DNA of 64,000 nucleotides from Eledone cirrhosa (taxonomy: Eukaryota): the NCBI GenBank assembly GCA_964016885.1, contig OZ024741.1:108996001-109060000 (forward strand), in the 5' to 3' direction. This document shows, piece by piece, positions 49,359-62,820 of this stretch. Position 1 is the first letter of the stretch. Every line of letters starts with the position of its first letter. The notes under the pieces are model-generated. The model was not told the DNA's origin. It saw only the letters and a program-made list of their open reading frames with translations, and ran no database searches. The position numbers and the translations under genes are program-made.

Positions 49359-52300
49359 GGCGACCTACGTAGGAAATCGTATTATCGTGAGCTCCGCAAA
49401 GGTTTGTTGTTTTCAGTTGTTTCAAATTGCCAGTTATGGAATATTTTTGTTGTTAAGTGTTTATAAGTTTACATATATTGCTTTCTGAAAAGGACACAAA
49501 AAATATTGAGGCCTTGAGCCCAAAACTTAAACTTTTTATTTATCAAACAAAATATTTCTTTGAAAAAAAACATGGACGACAAATTTACTGTTTTTAACAG
49601 ACCCCCCCCCCCCCCCCCCCCCCCAGCCAACACCATTGTAAGCCTTGCCACGGTTGCCAACACTGAAAATATAATTACTAGTAGTCTGAATTATTTAGAT
49701 TTGCCGCATAAAGACATGGATTTCCCGCCATTACCAATACCTGCCACTACCACAATGTCAAAAAGAACAACGAACACCACTGATACCACCACCACAGCGA
49801 CAACAGAAACCAAAAAAAATAAATTATTATCTCGTGACATCGAAATGGATTCACCCAGAATCGACTTTACATGCCGAACACCACTGACACCAACACCACC
49901 TCCACCACAACTGAAACTAAAAATAACAATAACAACAACAACATCAACACCACCGCAAAACAAAATGTATCTTTTGCCAAAGCAGCCAAGAAAAGAGAAA
50001 CAATCGAGGTAAGCCTGGATGAATTAAATGAAGGCAAGCGAATGGTAAGAGAAGATGGGTACAGGGTCAGCCTCATCCCCCCCCCCCCCAAAAAAAAAGA
50101 CCTAATAAAATGGAGCATCAGCGCCTATGCACCGTGTCATATCGGACGATAAACACAAAATCACGCCGAGTGGAACGGGCATCCGAGTCCCAAATACAAA
50201 AAGCTTGGGGACATGTGTGGGCGAAAAAAAACATATCAGACGTGGGCAGAAATATGGAACCGTGGACGTGTTCTTTGGAAACCACAGGAAGTCAGAGAAC
50301 ACTCCATGGTCCCATTAAGAAATGACGACTTCACACTCGTCCCAAGCTATTGTGGTCAGAGACTCGTGAAGATCAGGATGACCCACGTTCCACCGGCCAT
50401 CGAAATTCCCTGGTTAATGGTTGCCGTCCTCGCTGGCATCGAGGCCAACACGAAAATAATTGACGTAACAAAAGAAAAGCAGGAGAACTGGTCCGGATCT
50501 GGGATGGAGCTCCTGATCCAAGCGGACCAAAAAAAACATTGAGGAAATGCCAGAGATGATACACCTCACTGACGGCAGCCAACTCACCGTAATGGTTGAA
50601 GGTAGAAGGCCTAGGTGTGCCGTTTGTGGTGAAGGAACCCACCTAAAGGCTTTTTGCCCTCAGGCTAAAACGTTGAGGCCACCTCTCTTACGCACCCCAG
50701 TGACTCAACCATCAACACCACCAGCAGCAAAAATAGCAGCAACAACTGTAGCAGAAACAACATAAGTAACTGTAGCAGCAACAACCCCAGCAACAGTAGC
50801 AAAACCAACACCACCACAAACCACCGCGCCAGAACTAGCACCAGCGCCTCCACCATCCACCACGCCACAACCAAAACCAACGCCTGTGGACGATTTTTCA
50901 CTCCCCGACCTATCGCAACTGGAGACAGATTGTGACGACGAGGAGTGGGAAACTGTATCAGGAAAAAATAAAACAAATTAAAAAAAGCCCCAAAAAGAAA
51001 AAATGCCTCTTCCTTCCCCCTCCAAAAACAAAATACAAGGGGAAACAAATAAATTAACAAAACAAAAATATTAGGACAGTTATGCCACCATCCACACCAG
51101 CATCACCAAACCCATCATCACAAACATCAACACCATCACCATCATTAACGCCAACACCATCATCACCAACACCACAAAAGTCACCAAAAAGCGAAACAAA
51201 CAAACCCACAACAAACGCAAACAAAATAAAAAACCAAAACGATACACACTACACAGCATTAAATGTGAACAACAACCAATTATTACACTACATCCAACAC
51301 AACACCAGCATCACAAAAAAAGACTACACAAAACCCCAAAAATTCACACTACCTCCACACATACAAATCACTCGCATCATAGAGAAAATGTACACGACAC
51401 TAAAAAAAAAATTCCCTAAAGACATCGGTGACTTCCAACAAACACTCTCCAGGAGGATTTATAAGGACATCCTTCTGGAAGAGGCCACGAGCAGTGAGAA
51501 GCATGGACAAACCACCTCCCCCTACGAAAAGTGAGGTAAGTGGTCTTTCCCATCTTTTTACACTCCTTTTCAACATGACCTCACTCAGAATAGGAAGCAT
51601 AAATGCGCGTGGCGTGGGGTCGTCGTGGAAGCAGGGCCACCTGCTCAACGACCTCAGGTCACTAAGCATAGATGTGGTGGACATAAGTGAGACCAGAATC
51701 TCCGAAGCACGGGCCTTCGCACCGATCTTCGGCGGCTACGATGTGTACGCATCTCCCAGCCGTCCTGGATCGGGTGGAGGAGTTGCTGTGCTTTTTCGGA
51801 GAGGTTTGGATCTCGCCATACGGGCCATCTTCCTGGACCCAGAAGGTAAGTTGGTGGTGCAGGTCGTGACCAGCGGAGACGGCCAAGCTTTCAGGCTAGT
51901 GGCCATCTATGCCCCGACAGGAGCAGGGCAGCCTGATTTCTTCCGGCGTCTGGAGACCTTTCTTGGAACGTCCCGCTCTTTAGTGTTAGTGGGCTACTGG
52001 AACGTGATCTTAGATGCACGCTGGGACTGTGTGGGATTATCGGATAAGACAGGAGGGTGCAAGAGCCTCACCAACCTGCTCAGGCATTTTCAACTGTTTA
52101 CAGGTACCGATTGGATTTCCCGAATGTGCCAATGTGGACTTGGACAAACCGTATAGGGTCATCCAGATCATATCTAGATAGAGTATTTTGTAGGGAAATA
52201 GATAGGTCTAGCATAGGCTGTCCACAATTCAAGATAGTCAGCTTCACGGACCACAAATTTGTGATCTGTGTGGTTGACTTAGATAGGCTTCATAGACAGG

Positions 52301-54968
52301 GGCCAGCTACTAGAAGCTAAACGCGTCATTAACAGCGCCCAAGGCCTACAGAGACTGGATTAGCGAACTAGTTAAGCGGCCGATGACGGAGGCCATCGTC
52401 AACAACAAGTGGTGGTTTGCTCTGAAAAGAGCGATTAGAATAGAGTCCATTAGGTTTAGTAAGGCTTTAGCAATAGAGACAAATAGAGAAGAGGGAGAAC
52501 TAGTTGGAAAATTAGACGAGGCGCTTAGCAAAGGCATCGGGACCAACGTACTTGCGGCGAAATTGGCCTTTGACCAATTCTTCAATGCAAAGCACGAAGG
52601 CTGCGTTGTCAGAGCTAGGGTGAGTGCTCTCAGACACGAGGGGACGAAAGTCATTCAATGGGCCCGAGTGGTGAAGGCGCGTCGTGGCAACAAAGCCACG
52701 ATCCGGTCTTTGGTGGACCACGACGGGCGCATACTACTCGATCCCTGGAAAATGTGTGAAGCTTTTCAGCGACACTTCGCACAGCTGTTCGGGGGCAGCG
52801 GCGGGCCGGATCGCGGGATGGACTTTAGTGTCTACTTCGACGGACTGCCGCGGCTCTCGGCCACTGAGGCGGAGTGTTGCGAAAAGCCGATAACAGCCGC
52901 TGAAGTATGGGAGGCAATGACTGGCTGCACAAGGGGTAAATCGCCTGGTTTGGATGGTCTGTCCTATGAACTTTACGTATAGATTCTAGACTTGTTCGTA
53001 GGCCTGTTGCCGGACGTCTACTGCAACTGGCAACAGAACGGGAGAATTCCCAGCTCTGTTAGCCGAGGAGCTGTGGCGCTGCTGAGAAAGGATCCGAACA
53101 AGGGAGATAACAGATAATTTCAGGCCCATAACTCTGCAAAACACAGAGTTCAAGATTTTGGCCAAGGTGCTAGCAAAGAGGGTGGCGCTTTTTGTTGGTG
53201 GTCTGGTGAGAGAGGCGCACACATGCGCTATTCCCGACAGATCCATCCACGACAACCTCCACGTCATGCGATACATCGTAGAAAGGGTAGCTAGGGAACC
53301 TGGCAGGGGTGAGTCCTTAATCAATTTAGATCAGTCGAAAGCTTTCGATAGGGTCGACCATCGTTACCTAGCGGCAGGCCTGAGGGCGGCTGGCTTTGGG
53401 CCTGTCTTCAGAGGCTGGATCGCTGCCATGCACAGCGACATCTGCTCTGTAGTGAGAGTGAACGGTCACCTTTCGGAACCGTTCAACATCATGCGCTCGG
53501 TCCGCCAAGGATGTCCCCTCTCGTCCCTATTGTACGTATTGACTCTCGAGCCATTACTGCGCAAACTGGAGACGTTGAGGGGGATCCCGCGCGAACTAGG
53601 ATGCGGAAGATCCGTGTCAGCATATGCCGACGATGTCACCGTAGTGGTGTCGAACGCCAAACACATCGAGGCGATCGGCACTACACTAAGAGAATACGAA
53701 GCGGTGACAGGAGCAATGATCAACCAGGAAAAGTTAGTGGGCCTGAAGCTCGGCACCTGCAGAGGCAGGTCCATGCCGTCCAACAGCGTCGTCGGGCGCT
53801 AGACGGACGGACCGGTTAAATTGCTAGGGGCCTGGTTCGGTCCGGACAACCAGACGGACAAAAACTGGGACGAGGTGACAAGCAGAAATGGGCGGAGAGG
53901 AAGTTATCCCTGAAAAGTCGAGCGGAGGTGGCTAACGCGTATATCGCGTCCGTCATCTACTAACTCCTGACTGTCGTACCTTGTCCTAAGCCCCGCCTGA
54001 CTGCGCTGGAGCGTTTACTCTTTCGCTTTTTGTGAAAGGGACGCGCTCCGATGCTCAGGCGATCCATCTGCTGTTAATACCCGCTACGTGGAGGGCTGGA
54101 CATGCCGTGGCTGATGATGCGCAGACACGCGCTCAGGCTACAACATCTCCAGCTCTTCCTCGACGGTGATCAGGTGTCGTCGTTTGCTAGACGCGTCTTT
54201 CCCCAGCTCATCTCCTTGACGGAGCTGCAGTCCTGGGTCAAGCGAAGACGAGAGGGAACGCTTGGAGACTGGAATGTCCTCAAGCGCTCACAGCCCTCGA
54301 CCAATCGGGCAATGATATCGGTGGAAACTCCACCTTGGCGTTCTATAGAGGATTAGTGGAGGGGAAGAGCGACGGCGTACTTGTAGAAACTCTAGGCGTC
54401 GACGAAAATCAACTAGCCAATCTTTGCGGAAGAACTTTCGGGCCGGGGCCTATGGACAACTTCCAGAAATCCCTGGCCTGGCAGTGCTACCGAAGAGCTT
54501 TGCCAGTTCGGGATAAACTCTACAGGCATGGAGGTGCCGTCAACCGGGCATGTCCGAGATGAGCGACGGGGGACGAAACCGTCCTGCACCCACTCGTCCA
54601 GTGTCCGAGCATTGCTGACTTGTGGGTTTATGTCGAACACCTGCTGTCACGTGTAGGACGGATCCAGCTATCAGCTGAGTCCATCGTGAGGATTTCCCCG
54701 CCCTCTTCCTTTAGCCGGGAAGAGAAGGCAGTTTTTATCTGTTTGGTGGCCATGGCGAAAGAGATAGTATGGTGGACACGTTTGAAAGGGTTGAAGACGA
54801 GCACTTACCTCTTCGGTGATGCCCTGATTAACTTTTTCAAATTTCATTTGAAAAGGAAAATCAGGGTAGAGAGGGAAGTGCTCTCTTCCCAGCATTTTGT
54901 TGAAAGATGGGTGAGAGAAGCAAGTATGGCCCGAGTTAATGGGCCTACTCTGAGTATGCGTCTGTAAA
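49359..54968 (+). mobile_element. Tx1 copy 3, ORF1 type alpha, decayed, lacking the 3'UTR
   Basis: GGCGAC 5' end; fragmented ORF1 (about 49572-51539) and ORF2 (51575-54967); joins (ATT)n directly after the ORF2 stop. Confidence 0.93.
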
Positions 54969-55210
54969 TTATTATTATTATTATTATTATTATTGAATGC
55001 CATGGTTGACGGAGGCTCGGCTCTGTAAGGTATAGTAATTTTTAACCGTTAAAACAATTGTAAATTGTTTAAAACTTGAACCAAATTGTTTATAAAGACA
55101 CCCTCCTCCTCGTGAGAGGGGTCTTTCTGTCCGTTATTTGGCCCTTCGGGGTTAAATAACCAGTTATTGGGGTTTTGTACCCAAAATTTCATTTTAAACA
55201 AAAAAACAAC

Positions 55211-57265
55211 ATGGCTACGAAAGAGAAATTTCATACGTCACTCCCACTCATTCCGTCTTCTTCTTCCTCAATCATCACTACAGCAGAGAGAAGATTGTCT
55301 CTCTCCCTCGTGACGAAAGAAAAGAAAAGTCTCGTGCAAAGCCTGCAAGGTTTCTCCACGACGACGACGACAGCGACGAAACAGGTGTGCGGGAAATACG
55401 AAAACCCAGTTCATTCGTCTGACGTCAGCAATAATAGCAGTAGCAGCCGTAATAACAACAGCAACAGTGACAATGAAAACAACAGTAGCAGCCGCAACAG
55501 CATCACCAGCAGCATAAACAACAACAGCATTAGCAGCAGCAACACCAACAACAACCACAGCAACAGCAGCGGAGGCAGTAGTCGTAGTACCTGCAGCAAC
55601 AACAAAAGTACCAGCAGCTCTGACGACAACAACAACAGCAGAGAAAAACCAATCTCATTTGCAGGTATTGCGAAAAACTTGGAAACAATCCTCATAACAA
55701 ATGAGGAATTAGAGGAAGCGAAGAAGATGGTGACAAAGAACGGACACCGAGCAATCTGCAAGGCAGCGAAAAATTTTTTCGAAACCCAAGAGCACTGTAC
55801 GGTCACGTACCGTACAGTAAGTACAAAATCCCGTAGGGTGGAAAGAGCCACAGAGGCCCAAATACAAAAAGCCTTGGGGTCTGTGTGGCAGAGGAAAACG
55901 CACATCACCCGAGGCAAAAAATACGCCACCGTAGACGTACTTTTTGCCACACCCCAGGAGGCAAAGGCCCAATCAGTAGTGACCCTAAGGAGCGAGGAAA
56001 TGGTGTTGGTGCCCTCCTACTGCGGGCAAAAAATTGTGAGGGTCAAACTGACCCACGTCCCCCCCGGAATGACCCCTTCTTGGCTGGCCGCGTCTGTCCT
56101 CGTCGGAATCGAGGACAAAACAACTGTACTGCAAGTACAGAAAAAAGTAAGAGAAGATTGGGTCGGCTCCTCCATTGAGATGCTAATCCAAACCAACCAG
56201 GAGTGCATCGAAGCTATCCCGGATGTGATAGACTTCGATAACGGCACTCAACTGCCCATAAGTGTTGAGGGCAAACGCCCGAAATGCTTTCGCTGTGGAT
56301 CGAAGACTCACCTCGGGGCCTTCTGCAACGAGAAGACCCTGAGAAAGGAGAAAACCCCCCTCCTTCCGAATCCGGCTCCACGGCTACCAGCAACAGGACA
56401 AGCGGCAACCAGGAACGATAGGTCCGTGGCACCCATACCCACTCCACGGAAATCAAAGACAGCAGCAGCAGTGGAAATATTAACAACAACAACAGCAATA
56501 CCAAATGCAGCTGCAACAGAGACTCCAGTGCAAACATCACCAACAACAACAAGTGAAAGAGTGGAGCTGGTACCCCTCCCCGACCTTACAGAATCAGACA
56601 TGGAGTGTGAGGTGGGAGAGGGATGGCAAAAGGTCGCAAGAAGGCACAAACGCAGAAGCAGCGCATCGTCGCCTTTGAAAAGGGAGGAAAGAAATGAGAA
56701 AAGGGTAAAGTCTACTGCAAAGAGACCCACAGCAGCAACACCACCAACACCATCACCACCCACACCAGCACCACCATCACCACCGGCGACAACCCCACCG
56801 CCAACAACACCTTCAACACCACCACCACAAGCACCAACATCGCAAACACAACAACAAAACACACACACCCAGCAACAACGACAAGAAAATAGCAGAACCA
56901 CACCCCACCCCCAGAAAAACAAATGCACGGCAATAAATACACACAACAAGAAACTAATGACTTACATAATTGAACACACAGACATTTCACAACAGGACTA
57001 CATAATACCAGCACCAATCAAAACGCCAACTAACATAAGACTGCTAAAAATAGCACAGAAACAATACACAAATATTAAAACGAAATTCCCCAACGCAGTT
57101 GGTGATTTCAGGGACCTAGGAGGAACCATCAATCGAAGAGTATACTCAGACATTCTCTTAGAAGAGCCAACGACCAGCCGAAGGGACGATTCAACGGTCC
57201 CTTCACCAGACGATCAAGTGAAAAGGGATGTAAAAACCATCCCTCCTCTACCAAAAGTACGGTAA
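55211..57265 (+). CDS. LINE ORF1 type beta (684 aa), open
   Basis: Near-identical to 43362-45458 with a 42-bp in-frame deletion. Confidence 0.85.
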   Translation: MATKEKFHTSLPLIPSSSSSIITTAERRLSLSLVTKEKKSLVQSLQGFSTTTTTATKQVCGKYENPVHSSDVSNNSSSSRNNNSNSDNENNSSSRNSITSSINNNSISSSNTNNNHSNSSGGSSRSTCSNNKSTSSSDDNNNSREKPISFAGIAKNLETILITNEELEEAKKMVTKNGHRAICKAAKNFFETQEHCTVTYRTVSTKSRRVERATEAQIQKALGSVWQRKTHITRGKKYATVDVLFATPQEAKAQSVVTLRSEEMVLVPSYCGQKIVRVKLTHVPPGMTPSWLAASVLVGIEDKTTVLQVQKKVREDWVGSSIEMLIQTNQECIEAIPDVIDFDNGTQLPISVEGKRPKCFRCGSKTHLGAFCNEKTLRKEKTPLLPNPAPRLPATGQAATRNDRSVAPIPTPRKSKTAAAVEILTTTTAIPNAAATETPVQTSPTTTSERVELVPLPDLTESDMECEVGEGWQKVARRHKRRSSASSPLKREERNEKRVKSTAKRPTAATPPTPSPPTPAPPSPPATTPPPTTPSTPPPQAPTSQTQQQNTHTQQQRQENSRTTPHPQKNKCTAINTHNKKLMTYIIEHTDISQQDYIIPAPIKTPTNIRLLKIAQKQYTNIKTKFPNAVGDFRDLGGTINRRVYSDILLEEPTTSRRDDSTVPSPDDQVKRDVKTIPPLPKVR

Positions 57266-57300
57266 GTGGTCTTTCCCATCTTTTCCACTCTATTTTAAAC

Positions 57301-59546
57301 ATGACCTCACTCAGAATAGGCAGCATAAACGCGCGTGGCTTGGGGTCGTCATGGAAGCAGGGTCACCTGCTCAACGACCTCAGGTCACTAAACATAGATG
57401 TAGTGGCCATCAGCGAGACCAGAATCTCCGAAGCACGGGCCTTCGCACCGATCTTCGGCGGCTACGATGTGTACGCATCTCCCAGCCGTCCTGGATCCGG
57501 TGGAGGAGTTGCTGTACTTTTTCGGAAAGGTTTGGATCTCGCCATACGGGCCATCTTCCTGGACCCAGAGGGTAAGCTGGTGGTGCTGGACGTGACCAGC
57601 GGAGACGGGCAAGCTTTCAGGCTAGTGGCCGTCTATGCCCCGACAGGAGCAGGGCGGCCTGATTTCTTCCGGCGTCTGGAGACCTTTCTTGGAACGTCCC
57701 GCTCTTTAGTGTTAGTCTGTGAGCGTAATCTGTTGCCAAGGTGCTAGCAAAGAGGTTGGCGCTTGTCGTTGGTGGTCTGGTGGGAGAGGCGCAGACATGC
57801 GCCATTCCCGACAGATCCATCCACGACAACCTCCACCTCATGCGATACATCGTAGAGAGGGTAGCTAGGGAACCTGGCACGGGTGGGTCCTTGATCAATT
57901 TAGATCAGTCGAAAGCTTTCGATAGGGTCGACCATCGTTACCTAGCGGCAGTCCTGAGGGCGGCTGGCTTTGGGCCCGTCTTCAGAGGCTGGATCGCTGC
58001 CATGCACAGCGACATCTGCTCTGTAGTGAGAGTGAACGGTCACCTGTCGGAACCGTTCAATATCATGCGCTCGGTCCGCCAAGGATGTCCCCTCTCGTCC
58101 CTCTTGTACGTATTGACGCTCGAGCCATTACTGCACAAACTGGAGACGTTGAGGCGAGTCCCGCGCGAACTAGGATGCGGAAGATCCGTGTCAGCATATG
58201 CGGACGATGTCACCGTAGTGGTGTCGAACGCCAAACACATCGAGGCGATCGGCACTACACTAAGAGAATACGAAGCGGTGACAGGAGCAATGATCAACCA
58301 GGAAAAGTCAGTGGGCCTGCAGCTCGGCACCTGGAGAGGCAGGTCCATGCCATCCAACAGCGTCGTCGGGCGCTGGACGGACGGACCGGTTAAATTGCTA
58401 GGGGTCTGGTTCGGTCCGGACCTCCAGACGGACAAAAACTGGGACGAGGTGACGAGCAGGGTGGCTTCTCTCACCCAGAAATGGGCGGAGAGGAAGCTAT
58501 CCCTGAAAGGTCGAGCGGAGGTGGCTAACGCGTACATCGCGTCTGTCATCTGCTACCGCCTAACCGTCGTACCTTGTCCTAAGCCTCGCCTGACTGCGCT
58601 GGAGCGTTTGCTCTTTCGCTTTTTGTGGAAGGGACGTGCTCCGATGGTCAGGCGGTCCATCTGTTGTCAACACCCGCTACGTGGAGGGCTGGGCATGCCG
58701 TGGCTGATGATGCGCAGGCACGCGCTCAGGCTACGACATCTCCACCTCTTCCTCGACGGTGATCAGGTGTGGTCGCCGTTTGCTAGACGCGTTTTTCCCC
58801 AGCTCGTTTCCTTGACGGAGCTGCAGTCCTGGGTCAAGCGAAGACCGAGAGGGAGCGCCTGGAGACTGGAATGTCTTCAGGCGCTCACAGCCCTCGACCA
58901 ATCGGGCAATGTGATCGGTGGAAACTCCACCTCGGCGTTCTATAGAGGATTAGTGGAGGGGAAGAGCGACGACGTACTTGGGGAAACTCAACTAGCCAAT
59001 CTCTTCGGAAGAACTTTCGGGCCAGGGCCTATGGACAACTTCCAGAAATCTCTGGCCTGGCAGTGCTACCGAGGAGCCTTGCCAGTTCGGGATAAACTCT
59101 ACAGGCATGGAGGTGCCGTCAGCCGGGCATGTCCGAGATGCGCGCAGGGCGACGAAACCGTCCTGCACGCACTCGTCCAGTGTCCGAAAATTGCTGACTT
59201 GTGGGTTTATGTCGAACACCTGCTGTCGCGTTTAGGAAGGATCCAGCTATCATCTGAGTTCATCGTGAGGATTGCCCCGCCCTCCTCCTTTAGCCGGGAA
59301 GGGCAGGCAGTTTTTATCTGTCTGGTGGCCATGGCGAAAGAGATAGTATGGTGGACACGTTTGAAAGGGCTGAAGACGAGCACTTACCTCTTCGGTGATG
59401 CTCTGATTGACTTTTTCAAATTTCATTTGAAAAGGAAAATCAGAGTAGAGAGGGAAGTGCTCTCTTCCCAGCATTTTGTTGAAAGATGGGTGAGAGAAGC
59501 AAGAATGGCCCGAGTGAATGGGCCTACTCTGAGCATATATCTGTAA
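57301..59546 (+). pseudogene. Internally deleted, frameshifted ORF2
   Basis: Loses the APE C-terminal half through the RT N-terminus. Confidence 0.9.
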
Positions 59547-59804
59547 ATTAAAGGTGGAAAACTGGGAGAGGGCACTTGCCTTGGTGGTCAGGGTCATTGT
59601 GGCTTTTTACTGGGCTTTCTCCACAAATGTCCCTCCGAAGTCTCCCCCCTATTGGGGAATTTTTCGTTGTTATTTTTTGTTACATCCTCTGTTTTTGTTT
59701 TTTACACGCAGAAATGCCCATTTGTACCGTTTTGTACCGTCCTGCATTGTCCTGCACTGTCCTTAATGTCTACTTTATGTAAACCCTTGTGGTTAATAAA
59801 GAAA

Positions 59805-59854
<50 letters not shown>

Positions 59855-59904
59855 AAGTACCAGTAAAGTAGAAACAATTATTATTATTATTATTATTATT
59901 ATTG

Positions 59905-62780
59905 CCTGAAAAGGGCAATCCCCTGAAAAGGGCAATTAAAGTAGAGTCGATTAGGTTTAGCAAAGGAGTAGTGATAGAGGAAAATAGAGTAGAGGGAGAG
60001 CTAGTCAGAAAGCTAGAAGAGGCGTTCAGGACAGGCATCGCAACCGACGTGCTTGCTGCGAGATTGGCACTCGACCAATTCTTCAACGCAAAACACGAAG
60101 GCTGCGTTGTCAGAGCTAGAGCGCGTGCTCTGAAACACGAGGCGACAAAAGCCGTCCAATGGGCCCGGGTGGCAGATGCGCGACGTGACAATAAAGCCAC
60201 AATTCGGTCTTTGTCTGACCAAAACGGGTGCGTGATGCTCGAACCCGAGCGGATGTGTGAAGCTTTTCAGCAGCACTTTGCTGAACTGTTCGGGAGCGGC
60301 GGCGGCACGGATCGGGGCATGGACTTCAGTGCATACCTCCACGGACTGCCTCGGCTCTCGACGACCGCAGCACAGTGTTGCGAAAAGCCAATAACAGCCG
60401 GTGAAATACGGGAAGCGATGGCTAACTGCACAAGAGGTAAATCGCCAGGTTTAGATGGTCTGCTCTACGAGCTTTATGCATTTATGCCAGACTTGTTCGG
60501 TGACCTCTTGGCAGACGTCTACTGCAACTGGCAGCAGAACGGGAGCATTCCCACTTTTGTGAGCCGGGGAGCAGTGGCGCTGCTGAGAAAAGACCCGAAC
60601 AAGGGGGAGGTTATTGATAATTTCAGGCCCATAACCCTGCTAAACGCAGAGTTCAAGATTTTGGCCAAGGTGTTAGAAACGAGGTTGGCGCTTGTCGTCA
60701 AGGGTCTGGTGGGAGAGGCGCAGACATGCGCCATCCCGGACAGATCCATACATGACAACCTCCACCTCATGCGATACATCATAGAGAGGGTGGTTAAAGA
60801 ACCTGGCACAGGTGGGGCCCTGATCAACTTGGATCAATCCAAAGCATTCGATAGGGTCGACCATCGGTACCTGGCGGCGGTCCTCGAGGCAGCCGGTTTC
60901 CGGCCCGTTTTCAGCCGTTGGATCGCAGCAATGTACAGCGACATCTGCTCAGTTGTGAGGGTGAACGGTCACCTGTCGCAGCCATTCAGCATCATGCGCT
61001 CAGTCCGCCAGGGTTGTCCCCTCTCGTCCCTCTTGTACGTATTGGTTCTCGAGCCGTTACTGCACAAACTGGGGGCGATGAGGGGCGTCCCACGCGAACT
61101 AGGATGCGGGAAATCCGAGTCGGCTTACGCTGACGACGTCACCGTGGTGGTGTCGAGCACCAGACACGTCCAGATGCTCGGCACCGCTCTCAAGTAATAC
61201 GAAACGGTGACAGGAGCAAATATAAACCAGGAAAAGTCGGCGGGCTTGCAGCTAGGCACCTGGAGAGGAAAGTCCATGCCGTCCGACAGCGTCGTGGGGC
61301 GTTGGACGGACGGACCGGTTAAATTGCTCGGGGTCTCTATCGGACCGGACCTCCAGATGGAGAAAAACTGGAACGAGGTGACGAGCAGGTTGCCTCCCTC
61401 ACCCAGAAATGGGCTGAGAGGAAGCTGTCCCTGAAAGGCCGGGCGGAAGTGGCGAATGCGTACATCGCATCCGTCATCTGCTACTGCCTCACTGTCGTCC
61501 CTTGCTCCAGCCCAACTATCACCAAAATGGAGCGCCTCCTCTTCCGCTTTTTGTGGAAGGGACGCGCTCCCATGGTCAGACGATCCATCTGCTGTCAACA
61601 GTTGCGTGGAGGACTGGGCATGCCATGGCTGATGATGCGCAAACATGCGCTGAGGCTGCGACATCTCTGGTGCTTCCTTGATGGTGAACGGGTGTGGTCG
61701 CCGTTCGCCAGGCACGTTTACCCACAGCTCGTCTCCTTGACGGAGCTGCAGTCCTGGGTCAGAAAAAGACCGAGGGATAGCGCTTGGAAACTGGAATGTC
61801 TCCAGGCGCTCACTGCCCTCTCCCAGTTGGGCACCAGTATCGGTGGAACATCCACCTCAGCGTTCTATAAAGGACTAGTGGAGGGGAAGAGCGACGACGT
61901 TCTCGGAGAGATCCTGGGCGTCGAAGAAGATCAGCTTCTTGCTCTCTTCTGGAGAACTTTAGCCCGGGGCCTATGGATAACTTCCAAAAATCCCTGGCCT
62001 GGCAGTGCTACCGGGGAGCGCTGCCGGTTCGAGATAAGCTCTACAGGCACGGAAGTGCCGTCAGCCGAGCCTGTCCGAGATGCGTGCATAGCGACGAAAC
62101 CGTTGTGCACGCCGCACTCGTTCAGTGCCCGAGCATTGCTGACTTGTGGATCTATGTCGAACAGTTGCTGTCACGTGTGGGACTGATCCGGTTGTCGACT
62201 GAGTCCATTGTGCAGATGGTCTCTCCGTCTTCCTTTGAGGAGAAAGGGCAGGCGGTTTTCATCTGCCTGGTGGCCATGACGAAAGAGATTGTGTGGTGGA
62301 CAAGGTTAAAAGGATTAAAGACAAACACTTTCCTCTTCGGCGAATCCCTGATTAACTTTTTCAAGTTTCACTTGAAGAGGAAAATCAGGGTGGAGAGGCA
62401 AGTGCTGCTTTCTAGCAAGTTTGTTGAAAGGTGGGTGAATGTAGCGAGAATGGTCCGAGTGAACGGGACCATACTGAATATACGTCTGTGGTTTGAGAGA
62501 TGGAAAAATTGAGAGAGGGCGCTGGCCCTGGTAGTCAGGGTGGCCGTGGTCTTTTGTGTGGTTTACGCCACGAGTAACCCTCGGAGGTTTCCCCCCTATT
62601 GGGGAATTTTTCATTGTTTCAATTTTCATTGTATTGTTTATATATATATATATGTTTTATGTCTTTTTTCTTTTCTTATATAAATAATAAAAATATTTAC
62701 ACGCACAAAACCCACATCGTACTGTCCTGTTCCGGTTGTGATGTTTTTCTTGATGTCAGCCCTTGTGGCCAATAAAGAAA

Positions 62781-62782
<2 letters not shown>
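59905..62782 (+). mobile_element. 5'-truncated Tx1 copy 5, divergent subfamily gamma, decayed
   Basis: ORF2 homologous but clearly more diverged, different 3'UTR, stop at 61195 and frameshifts; (ATT)n flanks; 15-nt tandem duplication at the 5' junction. Confidence 0.92.

Positions 62783-62819
<37 letters not shown>

Positions 62820-62820
<1 letters not shown>

Larger units (their letters stand above)
54995..59806 (+). mobile_element. Tx1 copy 4, ORF1 type beta, with ~1.17-kb deletion in ORF2
   Basis: Near-identical to copy 2; deletion junction 57716/57735 with 18-nt filler; (ATT)n flanks. Confidence 0.95.

Noticed and set aside
43467-62629. Many 70-210-aa antisense or alternate-frame ORFs recurring in Tx1 copies
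   Set aside because: Expected shadows of GC-rich or low-complexity coding DNA; recurrence reflects copy identity.
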